DNA from: Paraspadella gotoi
Taxonomy: Eukaryota; Animalia; Chaetognatha
DNA: 64,000 nt
NCBI GenBank assembly: GCA_051294375.1
Contig: CM119269.1
Location: 22,156,965 to 22,220,964, forward strand
Reading direction: 5' to 3'
The position numbers and the translations under genes were made by a program. Each line of letters opens with the position of its first letter. Positions within the stretch are counted from its first letter, which is position 1. The notes under the pieces are model-generated. The model did no database searches. It had not been told where the DNA came from and saw only the letters and a program-made list of their open reading frames with translations. Below are positions 1 through 11,074 of the stretch, one piece after another.

Positions 1-35
1 CTGGCCCCCAACCAAATCGTTATGTTACGACTCAC

Positions 36-3000
36 GGTTCTGGCGAATGAAACGGTGCCGAGTGATGGCGAACGTATTGCGTCGACTGAAAAACTCTAAA
101 AGCGAGTGACGCTAAAAAGTCCCGTGAGGTGAGAAGACCAGCGGCCGGGCGCAGCATGTAGCCTGTGCGATCTGATAAAAAAATAAGCGTGGCAATGTGT
201 TGGAGTTTGTGAGACATTTGGTTGTGATTTTTAAATTTTTTACTTAAGAAAAAAAACAACAAAAAACAACCATTTATAGGAAGGTGGTTTTTATGTAATA
301 AATTCCTCGTCCTCACTTACTTAGGCCCAGTTAGACTTACCCGACCTTAGAGATTTAAATCTATTTTTATACAATATAAAATTTCTAGACAAAAAGAGGC
401 AATAGAAATAAAAAGCTATGCAAGAACTAGCGAAATTAAATCCAAATGCATACCTCATAAATTAAATCCAAATGCATACCTCTTTAATAAAATTAAATCC
501 AAATGCATACCTCTTAAATTAAATTAAATCCAAATGCATACCTCTTAAATTAAATTAAATCCAAATGCATACCTCTTAAATTAAATCCAAATGCATACCT
601 TTTAAATTAAATTCAAATGCATACCTCTTAAATTAAATTAAATCCAAATGCATACCTCTTAAAAATTTGTTAGCGTCGTTCAATTGTGGAATTTTATTGC
701 AAGAATAACCACATTCCTTTTCCAACATTTCAACTATTTCGTTGTGATCCTTGCAAGCGTGGATTTTCCACAATTGCTTCAGTTTCTGGTAAACCTTTTT
801 CCTGAAAGATTTAAGAAACTTAATCAAATCTTTATCTTTTTTCTTTAATTAACTTTTAACTATCTGTCTTTAAACGGTCATAATGTTAACTGACAATTTG
901 TTTCTACAGTTTCTACTCCCTCGTTTCTTTTTCTTTGATATACAGTTGTGAAGAGAGTTGGAAAAAAAAATCCAAGCATTCTTTACCAGCAAGCAGTTTC
1001 CAATTCGTTGTATTCAACGTGAGGAAGCGGATCTCCGTGCTTGTAACCGAAAGCAAGCGATGCTATTTCTCTCCTTCTTTCTCGATATTCTTTGTCCGCG
1101 AAACCCTGATTTAAAAAGTCAATCAATCAATCAATCAATCAATCGATTTCCAGCGCAGTTTGTTGTTGTCGTTTTGGTCTTCTTCGCTTTTTTAAACCAT
1201 TTATTTCATAAATCAGTCAATTTTTTTATTTTTAAATTTAGAGATCTTCTACATCTCTCCGTGAATTTTGAAACAACCAAGTAAATATACTAACTTAATA
1301 CAATACGTATTTAATTCGGAAATATTTAATTAATCTTATAGAAAAGTCTCGAACAAAATGTTCACTTAACAGTAGCGAAAGATTCCATCTAGTGTCAGAG
1401 ATGAAGATGAACATTGAACAATTCAATTGAATGAAACTTAAAACGTCTTCGAGTTAAAAAAATTGTTTGTAGAATTTTAAAATTATAAAACAGACTAAAA
1501 TTGAATGGATTTCTGTATTTTTTTCAATTGGAAATTGCTTACAGGGGGATCATGAAGTGTCTTACAGGGTGATCATAAAGTGGCTTACAGGGTGATCGTA
1601 ATCCAATTCGGGTTCAAATTTGGTCAGAAGATGATGACAATTGTCAAGATCCGAGATGTGAAGTGGAATCCAGACTGAGGTGAAAAAAATTAATTAAATA
1701 AGAAAATTAATTAATGGAAAAGATAAATTTCATTTATTTAGAGGTAAATAACCTTTTGGATTTTTCTCGATCGCGAATTCTTTCAAGTTCAAACCGTGAA
1801 GTTTTTTCCGCAGGCGAGATGTCACTGATAAAAAAAGGTTTAAGAAACAAAGCCTTTTTTAAAAATTCTCTAGTCGAAAAATTAATATGCAAACTTGTTC
1901 ATAAACGTTACAACACATCGAAGCACTAACATTTAGTTGATAGTATCTGCATTAGATAAGAAAATGTACCTTTACTTATTTAAGAAGGAAAAATTGTCTT
2001 AAAAATACATTTAATATTTTAGTCTTTTATATTAAACAATAATTAATTAAGTTAAGATTGAGGCTAATCTTTTAATGTTTTTAGGGAGCTTAAAGTAAGA
2101 ATTAAAGTTGGTATAAGTTTGACCTTGCGAGAATTGAGCTTCGGTCGCAAAGAACTTGAGAAAGGCATCGACCCTGTGGAGCCGACTTCCGCCCAACATC
2201 TCTTTAGAATCACGAGTCTCCAAATGGATCAGTTTCACGCCGCAATTCTGCAAGTTCACGAAGGTAATATTACTATTATTACTATTATTACTATTATTGT
2301 TATTATTAACTGTCTGATAATTGTCTACTCGAGATCGAACTCCAGACCCTTGGTTTTGGAAAAGAAATATATTGTCTCACAAATGACCACTGGAAGAAGT
2401 TCAAGTTAAAAAAAAATATTTTATTTTTAGATTATTACAAATCAAAATACTAATCCTCGCCTCCAAAACGGCCAAAATGTCTCGCATTCCACCGACGCCG
2501 CCGCATCCTGTCACGACGACGCCGTATTCTGCCGCCGCCGCTGCAGCCGCCGCCGCGGAGCCTTCCAATCGCTCGTCAAAGACGTCGTCTTCATCGACGC
2601 TGGATTGAGATCGAAGCAGACGACGTTCGAACTTTGCGTCTTCGATTAAACTGCGACGACGTGTTCCGCCGTAGCCGTTCTGTTGAAGGAGCGAATGATG
2701 ATAATAATGATAGTTATTATGTACAATGAAAATAAATATATAAATAAGCGTGAATAAACTAGACTGAGAGAGTTTTTATTAAAATCTTGCAGCCTAATTT
2801 CTTGTGAGAAGGATGTAGGCCTTGGCCTTGGCCCTTAGCCTAGATATATTATTTAACATATTTATTAAATGAATGGATGATTTTTGTATTGTTTGTACCA
2901 ATTTAATATCATATAATATCAATGTCCTTATTCCGCCAATGACACTCACCAACACGTGACGATTTGTTTTGTACTAAATAGTAAATACCATTTAAAAATA

Positions 3001-3125
3001 CCACGCTTATGTCATACTCAAAACCTTTCCCTGAATTCAAGAGACGACCTTACCTCAACGCTATAGGACTTCAGCAGGAAACCTTTTCGTGCTCCTGATT
3101 TTGTCGCCATCATTGAAGAAGCCAT
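36..3125 (-). CDS. TH: Tyrosine hydroxylase (tyrosine 3-monooxygenase; pale/TH), 3'-partial. Exons: 3125-3054, 2679-2461, 2247-2124, 1824-1753, 1674-1589, 1105-987, 801-656, 171-36; the gene continues beyond position 1
   Basis: Spliced translation gives [24 protein letters not shown]|[18 protein letters not shown] (the invertebrate TH N-terminus and the Ser40-type PKA motif RRxSLIEDA), ACT-domain [28 protein letters not shown]|[17 protein letters not shown]...IPQL, and [29 protein letters not shown]...[16 protein letters not shown] is TH-type, whereas PAH has FLGGLAFRVFH. All intron phases are compatible; one donor is GC. Confidence 0.95.
433..660. repeat. Tandem repeat, 8 copies of a 26-31 bp unit containing the TH exon end and 5' splice site
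   Basis: Unit (aaatt)aaattaaatccaaatgcatacctctt; on the minus strand this reads AAGAG|GTATGCATTTGG. The copy ending at 660 is the real donor of exon 801-656. Confidence 0.95.
1538..1597. repeat. Three tandem 23-bp copies of another TH exon-end/donor junction
   Basis: cttacagggggatcatgaagtgt / cttacagggtgatcataaagtgg / cttacagggtgatcgta; on the minus strand GATCACCCT|GTAAG three times (one copy GATCCCCCT). Confidence 0.9.
2266..2400 (-). mobile_element. Degenerate tRNA-derived SINE-like fragment in TH intron 2
   Basis: Minus strand has an A-box-like TGGTCATTTG, a B-box GAGTTCGATCTC about 50 nt later, and a (TAA/TAG)n tail. Confidence 0.35.
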
Positions 3126-4104
3126 TTTTGCATCGGGAAGGGAAACCCTCCTAGTGTAGAATTACTTTTAGTTAATTAGAATTAACTTTTATTTAAAAAT
3201 TTTCAAAATGTTATTAACGCGTAGCGACATACTATCTAGGAAAAAAGTATATCACTTAATTCATTTATTCAATAAAAAGTATACAAAACATGGGTAAACA
3301 TTCTTGATATTTGGTTTGCTCTTTTTTGGCAAATTGAGGTATGACAGTAAAATATTTTTTCACATCTTTAACGCAATTCTTTTCAGCCCTGATGTTGATG
3401 TTGCGCATCTTTCCCTCTTTTCTGATAGCTATAATAGCACTTTTTTGAACCAAAAAGAGGTGCAAGGCCTTTAGCATTACCAAATTAAAAAATATTTAAA
3501 AAATATAAAAACAAATAACTAAACACCAAAAATAGTGGAAAACTAAATATGATTTTTTTGGACATTTTTCATTTGAAGTAACAACCAAAGATTTGTATTT
3601 CTCAATTTAAATATAAGGTTCATTGGACATTGTCGAAATCATTTGCGTTCTGAAAAGTGAAAACTATTATCACAAAGGTTTAATTAACATAACATATAAT
3701 AAAGACGGTATATTATAGGAACTTAGTTGACGGATAAGTAAGTAATTAAATTAAAAAAGGCTTAAAAAATGTTTTACGGGCAAAAAGGATTAGAAGCGCG
3801 ATTTTTCTTGGAAGAAAAGATTATGAGGAATATGATGAGTGAATGAGATTCGCGGACGTAGAGTCCAGGGGTCATCATTTGAGATGGAGTTAAATGCAGA
3901 GGACTTTATGAGAGATAGAAGCTTTTTATTCGGAGACTTAATTAATATTAGTAATATGCTACGCTTTCTTTTTCTTGCCTAACTCTAAAATCTATATCAT
4001 CTGATTTCATTTCAATATTTGATGCCTTCGTATGTGAATTACATAACTCGAGTAATTTGCTTAACGTGAAAAAGGAATAATAGATACTGCGCTTTTAGGA
4101 GAAA

Positions 4105-4254
4105 ATGGAAAGAGAGGGAGGAAAGAAAGAAAAAAAAAGAAATAAAGAACGAAAGAAAAATAGGCCTGGGGTAGAGAGAGAGAAAAAGAAAGATAAAGAG
4201 AGAGAGAGAGAGAGTGTTTTTATTCTAATAGAGAGAAAAAATAAAAAAAGAAAA

Positions 4255-4290
<36 letters not shown>

Positions 4291-4576
4291 AAAAAGATAG
4301 AAAGAAAAAAGAAAGAAAGAAAAACAATGAAAGAAAAAGACAGATTTAATGAAAAAAAGAAATAAAGAAAGAAAAATGATGGGAAAAAAACGAAAAAAAG
4401 TGAAGGAAGGAAGGAAGAAAAGAAAGAAAGATAGAAAGATAAAATAGAAGAAAAAAGCGAGAAAGAAATAAACGGAAATTAAAAAGACTTAAAATAAAAG
4501 TAATAAAGAAAGAAAGGGAAAAAAGAAAGAATTAAAGGGAAATTAAAGTAAAAAAGAAATAAAAAGAAATGAATGA

Positions 4577-4664
<88 letters not shown>

Positions 4665-4690
4665 AAAAGTATACACCAAGAAAGACAGAA
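4105..4690. repeat. Polypurine tract with (AAAG)n and (AG)n microsatellites between TH and timeless
   Basis: Near-pure A/G sequence; perfect (AAAG)n at about 4575-4665. Confidence 0.95.
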
Positions 4691-4761
4691 AGCGAGAGGC
4701 GATATTTGCGGCTCGCTCGTCTCTCGTTGATGAGATCCATTAGAAACTGCGCCGTTTCACC

Positions 4762-4850
4762 AACGTGACTGTGAATAATCTCACGTCGTTCTCGATGGAA
4801 ACGAGACAGACACGTTCACTCGTTGATCACGTGATCAGTCGATAGACGTG
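4762..4850. promoter_or_regulatory. Distal E-box cluster (candidate CLOCK/BMAL-CYC enhancer)
   Basis: Canonical CACGTG at 4828-4833 inside the 14-bp palindrome TGATCACGTGATCA; CACGTT-type boxes at 4762 and 4811; CACGTC-type at 4782 and 4845. Five ACGT-core hexamers in 90 bp upstream of timeless. Confidence 0.7.
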
Positions 4851-5507
4851 AAGGAGTTGGAATTGAAATGCATTGAAAGACGACCAGAGTTAAATTAACA
4901 ATTTCCTCCTTGGGTAATTAAAACAAGAAAGAAAATAATATATAATATCAATATAAATAATCAATTAAAACACCCGAGTGGATTAGTTCTGGGTGGAATA
5001 CTTTTTTAATTAATCTTCTTTCCTATGTCATAATAAGTGATTGATCATTAGGCTAGTTAGAATATTTCACTACAGTCGTGAAATAGCAGCATTAATATAA
5101 TAAAATAACTCGTGTACAAAGCAGATAATTTTTATTTTGACAAAACAATATAATTATTCATACGGACTTGTTTCAACTGTTTTACGAGTCATCATCAGCG
5201 AATTCCGAAACGCAACCTAAAGAAAAGAAATTACATAAATAAAATAATTTAAATATATACAGCTTGAACAAGTACATAAGAGTTTTGGCCATTTTCTATA
5301 TCTTAAATTAACGTAAAGATGTAACAACAGAAATTATACAACATTTACAAGTACATAAACATCATAGCATAAAGAATTTAAAAAAAAATTAGACAAAAAA
5401 ATATTATAATGAGATATCAGAAGAGCTCCGGCCATTTTGTATTTTTTATTATACTAACAAGACTCCTTTCTCTGTAAAACCGGAAATACACCAGAATCAT
5501 CCATGAG

Positions 5508-5718
5508 GACGTGATGTTCACGTCACCTAAAGTGAAGAACAAATTCACGTTTGAAAAAACGTGGTCGATAAAAACGTGACTTGAGAGTCAACTTTTTTTG
5601 GCCATCGTCGTCGCTGGCCAATCGAAATCCGATCACTCCTCAGATCCGACCAATCGCGTCAACGTAGAAAAGAGGACTCTCACTCGTCTTTCGTCCTTCG
5701 CATTGGCTCTCAGCCAAT
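5508..5718 (+). promoter_or_regulatory. Proximal timeless promoter: non-canonical E-box cluster plus three CCAAT boxes
   Basis: GACGTG 5508, CACGTC 5519, CACGTT 5546, AACGTG 5558 and 5573; CCAAT at 5618, 5650 and 5714. Lies just upstream of the putative non-coding first exon. Confidence 0.7.
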
Positions 5719-5769
5719 CAGCGTTCAGAACGAATGAATCGTAATTTGTCGTCCTCGTCGCCATCTGAA

Positions 5770-5924
5770 TCTCATACTACATGAATTCGTTTTGACGAAA
5801 TTGTTCCGAGATCAATACTTTGGAAGCCATTGTTATTTTCTTGGCTATAAATTTCCTCAAACTGGCGCATTATCGGAGTTTTTAACTCGTCAAAGTTATC
5901 AATTGTCGACAAAAAATATCCAGG
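5770..5924 (+). other. tim: Putative 5'-UTR exon of timeless (start approximate)
   Basis: Strong donor CAGG|GTAAGT at 5924/5925, and acceptor TTTTTTCAG at 6189 three bases before the ATG. Confidence 0.55.
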
Positions 5925-5957
5925 GTAAGTACATGAGTAATGTTTTAAGTATTTCAA

Positions 5958-5967
5958 GTTATGTAAT
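5958..5967 (+). promoter_or_regulatory. D-box / V-P box (PAR-bZIP PDP1/VRILLE site) in timeless intron 1
   Basis: GTTATGTAAT fits RTTAYGTAAY exactly. A second perfect copy lies on the minus strand at 4038-4047 and a TTATGTAA core at 5231-5238. The AT-rich background lowers specificity. Confidence 0.5.
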
Positions 5968-6192
5968 GCACTGAGTAACAAATTTTAGAATTTTTAAATG
6001 CAAACCACAAATTTGATTACCACAATGAATAATAGATAATAAACAAAATAACTCTCACTTGTCTTTTTGATGTTCTTATGAAAAACTGTATCACATTAGT
6101 AATTAGTCATTACATTGGTTGATGATAATTCTACATTATCAGCTAATTAATCACTTTTAATACAACCAATTTTTAAAAATTTTTTTCAGAAA

Positions 6193-9100
6193 ATGGAATT
6201 TGATTTGATGAATATTTCTGAGACGGCTTCCTATCAGTTGGGCTTTTATGATGAAGACCAATTCATTGCAGAGGACAATGCAGAGGAAGTAATAGAGGAC
6301 ATTCTAAGCTCTATTTTGACGCATAAAACTAACTGGTAAAGTATTAAAAATTTTAAAAAATGGTTGAATAGCTTATTTCCTATATATCACAATGAATTTT
6401 TTTAGGGATGTACAAGCCGGTCTTCATCGAATGAAATATTTGGAAAATGATTTGATCCCCTTAATTACCAGCTTAAAGGATGAGGGAAAGTTATTTGGAA
6501 CTTGCATGAAGTTATTGTTACATTTAACCCAGCCAGTAGATTGTTTGTATGGAACTCTGACTTATCTTCATGACACACTAAAAACAGAAGTGAGAAGGGC
6601 ACTTTTGGGAGCCAAGCAATCTATAAATGCCAAGCCAGAATTGTTTCAAGTAATTTATCGAGAAATAAATGAAATTCTAGACAGTTGCGTTAAATTTCGC
6701 ATGTCCAAAGAAGACGGCGATACAATCAACAATTCTTTATTGTTCTTGCGGAACATTCTACACATTACAAATGATAAAGAACCAACAATTGATAATGAAA
6801 TGTTGCAACACATTTTAACCGGTTTTCCGGAAATCTTCAAGCGTTTAATGTTGAACACAAACAAGAAGACGTGGACAGTCGCAATTGTGCAACTTTTGTC
6901 CCTGATCTTCAAAGATGCATCTGCAGTTACATTGATGCTCACACTTTCTATGACTGAAAAGGAGGAAAATTCATCAAAGTTCATTTGTTATTCCTCGGAT
7001 GAAGAATCTGAAGGACTGTATGACAACACTCAATCTGAGAATGGATTAGAAAAGGAATCCTCAAATGGAGATGTAGAAGCCAGTTTAGATCGATATGATG
7101 TGGATGAAAAAGTTCTTAAAGTTTTAGCTGGAAATACTCAATCTTTAGATGAAAAACTGGAGAAACAGTTGGCCGACTTTGGTCTGACGGTATTACAACA
7201 TGGATTAAATGGGCTGATTGCGGATTTGCATGAATATTTGCTGGACCAGAATTCGATTTACCTCGATGAATCTTATATGACGTGGGTTATTTCTTATTTT
7301 CTCAAATTCGTTTTCTTGTCGGGTATTGAATACAGGCATGTGAAGGAAGCAATATGTAAAGAAACTGTAGGTTATCTCACTTATAAAGCTGTTCAAAGCA
7401 TAGAAGAATTCAAAAGCTCTCAATTAAAAAACGAAAATGATGAGCTTTTAGAAACTTTCAAACTTCGAAAAGTGCATCTCACGGTTATGGCTTTGAGGGA
7501 AATATTTCATACTATCAACTTTCTATCAAATAGCGTTAAGTTATCTCAAGAAGACGAAATTAATTTGAAGGATGATAAATTTCAAATAGCGAGTTTATTA
7601 GGTAATAAATTATTCTTATGATTATTATAAAATTATTTTGTATTAAATGAATTATTATTCCAACAGATTTGAAACTGATTTTTCTTTTGCTGATCCGTTC
7701 ATGCCCTTTGGAGGAACGTTTTCGGATATACCTGAGGGATTTAGTGACAACAAATCATGCATATCTCCTACTTGTTGAACATCTCCTAAATCACAGTGTG
7801 TATAAAATAAAGTTAATATTTTAAAAGTGTTGTTAAAATGAACATGCACCAGGTATTTATAAATTAAATATTCATTCTTTTACAGCGAATGAAGCATCTG
7901 AAAAATTTCAAAAGAAATTTTCAATGCTTACCCATGTCAATCTCTTTGCCAACAAAACCATCGTGAGAGCTTATGGATATCTATTGGAAACTTATGAAGA
8001 AAATACTCCCTGCCTCAATGATTGCGTTATGACCATGCTTCATCACATTTCTGGTATGTTTAATTTTTATTCTGAATTTAGTAATGACAACATAAATTAA
8101 GAATAATTACTGTAATAATTCTTTAGAAGTATTGTTATGGTGTCTTTATGTTTTTATTTATTTCCACAATTTTAGGCGACTGTAAAAAGCCAGAAACTCT
8201 TCTTCAACTGCCAATATTGAACACGTTCATGGAGATGTATGAAAACCAATTTCCATTAGCCAAAGAATCTACCGAGCTCATAGAATACATTCTGTGCAAG
8301 TTTGAAGCAACAGCAAATAGAAAGGTTTCAAGTGTAAGTTTTTGTCTTAGCGATATGGGAACTTTGTATTTTCGGGAATTCCAGACTTTAAAATTTTTAT
8401 CTGTCAAAATAAAGTTGTCTTTAACATTGATAAACCTGAGTGCAGGGGTAAGTTGTCAGAATTTTGGGTTCCTATTTTATCCCAAAAGAAACTTTCGGAC
8501 AAGAATCCCAACATTGTTTTTTTTTAAATATTTGATCCGCAAAAGAAATCATTTATTATTTACATTGTACAATGTACAAGCTTCCTTTAATATTTAACAG
8601 GCGTTCAAAAGTGATGAATGTGGAAATGAAGAGCTATATTCTGATTCCGGAGTTGGAATTTCTGATGGAAATTCGATGAGTGATTCAACGTCTTTGGAAT
8701 CAAGTGAATCGGAATCAATTGAAGATACTCCTGAAAAGCTTCACCCAATGGTAATTTATATTATGGTTATTGATTAAGGGAAATTTAAACAAAAAATTCT
8801 TTATTATTAGATATCTTAAAATATATTTTGCAAGTGATGTGGAAAAAGGGAAAGCTACCCTAGGTGAATGTGAATCCTACTGAATATTTATTTTGTTGTA
8901 AAAAAATTTTTTTAGCTAATTAATATCAAAATGAGAAGGAAAATAAATGAAATTGTTATTAAATGTTTTTACGAAACAAATATAATTTTAAAAAAGTTAA
9001 TAATTATTATTTTACCCTTTTAATCTTATGAATTCATTGTTTCGCTCTTTTTTTCTGTAATTATGATAAATGTAAATATAGCAGGATTCCGTACCTGTAG

Positions 9101-9837
9101 AAGAACATCCAATTTTGCACCAGTTGCTAAATGTGTCGCGGGATTATGTTCATTCACTGAGAACAATGACTCCAACTGTCAACGATGGTTTAACATGGGT
9201 CACGGTAATAATATGATACTTAAATAATTAGACAAGTAAAACCATTTTAAATACTTATATATATATTTTAATTACTATTTATTTTACAGCACGTCTTGGA
9301 GGAAACCTGTTTCGTTAAATTGATAATGGATAAGAATGCTGATATCGATCACTTAGAAGAACCCATTCCGTATCATTATTGTGCATTTGAAAAGTCCGTA
9401 CCGATCGTCCCATATACTGTCGAACAAAACAACATCTTAAATGATTATCTGTTTTTAAGTCTTTTACGTCAACTTGGGTTTTATCTTCCAGAAGGAAAAG
9501 AAAGACTTTTTCCAAGGTATTAAAACATTTATTGTTGAATGACAGATAAATTATTATAACTCGCTTTAGCGATTTACTTATATTTCTTCGTCGTGGTTTA
9601 GTACACCTAATTCTGATTATTTTGTAAAGTTAACTATTATTCTTCTCATCAGAAACCTAAATTTTATCAAACAGAATTCCATCTTTGTGGGGCCCAGAAA
9701 AACTTCATCGTATGGCGACGTTTCTCGGCTCTTCTCACACTCAAATGAAATACAGTGAAGCGGATGTGAAAACAACTGAAAATCTTTTGGAAAAGCAAAT
9801 GCGATTTTTTGCTGAGCCAAATAAATTCACCCTATAA
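6193..9837 (+). CDS. tim: Timeless, Drosophila-type (TIM1), about 817 aa. Exons: 6193-6335, 6406-7601, 7667-7795, 7886-8053, 8176-8333, 8601-8750, 9085-9204, 9290-9516, 9675-9837
   Basis: Motifs matching fly TIM in order: LENDLIPL..LLLHLTQPVDCL, INNSLLFLRNILHI, WTVAIVQLLSLIFKD, LDESYMTWVISYFLKF, DLKLIFLLLIR..YLRDLVTTNH, YGYLLE..LNDCVMTMLHHISGD, LIEYILCKF, TWVTHVLEETCFVKL, EPIPYHYC..KSVPIVP, FLSLLRQLG..LFPRIPSLWGPE. All introns are GT-AG with compatible phases. An alternative donor at 8324 is possible. Confidence 0.93.
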
Positions 9838-11074
9838 AATGGCTTTAATTTTAAGATTTTAAAATTATGAAACCATTGTTATATTTAGTATATTAATAAC
9901 AAATTTTAATTGTAATAATTGTTCTAAGACCAAAGGTATATTTGTTATAAAAATACTGATCTCATCTCATTGTCTTAAAAGAGGCCCGTGATTTAATTTT
10001 ATTTTTTCCCACCATTTTGTTCTTTATTATAATGCAAACCATTTACCATATACAATACTACAAACAGTAAACATTTTTGAAAAAAGTTTTACATAAACTA
10101 GAAAACTAAGTCGCACGGAGTCAGCCGATGCCGCGACCTAAAAACTTATATGCAAAAAAGTATATAAGAATAATACTTAAGATTTTGGCCAATAGCTATT
10201 CCTATCCTGCCAATAAACTATGGTTCAGATCATCTTTCCCATTGTGACCATGTGATGTTGTGTCTGTGATATTTTGTCGCATAATGAATCAAATAAAAAA
10301 CAACCAAAAAAAACCGAATTATTATATCAATGTGATGATAGTTGTATAAAATTCAGAATGTAAAAACATTTTCTTTGATCCGGTAGCCTTTGTATGAAAG
10401 TCAAGTCAGCAGATAATATTTACATATGAAATGGACATCCAATATAAAAATATCCATTCATATAATTAATAAGCTGTATTATACGATGTTAATAAAAAAA
10501 TGTAAATAAGTTTTTTCTTTTGCCAACATGAAATCGTCAATTTTGAAATGTGATTTGTCTTAAAACGTAAGTCAATATGCGATTATGTAATGTAAGTAAT
10601 ATATTTTAAGGAATAATTGGCTTTTTTCATTAATAATGATCATGAAGTAAAAATATATCATCAAGAATTCACGGAATGCCATACGTAAATAATGCGCACG
10701 CATATATTACTAGTATTTTTATACATAATTAATTTCATCTAGTGATTCTCGTTATAATAATATCCAATAGCCATACTGATGAGTTTTTAAAATCATCTTA
10801 GCTTATAAGTTAAATAACTAATCATTTCATAATCTTAAATAACCTAATTGAACTTTTGCTTGGATATCAACTCTTGCCATTCTCAAAATAACGGTTCTGC
10901 CATCTTTCATGATTTACAAAAATCGCGAAGAAATAAAAGACTAACGAAATAGAACAATGGTACATACGACGCCTCCAATAGATCAACTAAACAAAGGTAG
11001 TTTTAGAGAGTTAAACGGGGCATGACTCTGGAATCTGGGCCTTATTTTTCCAAAACGATCCAATTCATCTAAAA

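Noticed and set aside
36-3125. Phenylalanine or tryptophan hydroxylase
   Set aside because: [25 protein letters not shown] and [11 protein letters not shown] are TH-type signatures.
4105-4740. K/E/R-rich and F/L/S-rich ORFs here and at 34587-34865, 37340-38135, 53127-54060 and 61323-63855
   Set aside because: These are translations of (AAAG)n and (GA)n microsatellites, with no splice or homology support.
8811-8863. Extra timeless exon (TTAG|ATATCT...CTAG|GTGAAT)
   Set aside because: In the required phase 0 it reads ATA TCT TAA (stop); it could at most be a poison exon, and I have no evidence for that.
6193-9837. timeout/TIM2 (replication-fork TIMELESS)
   Set aside because: The motifs follow fly TIM1 (WxVxxVQL, DxSxxxWxxxYFLKF, EPxxYH, RIPxxW), and the promoter is E-box rich.
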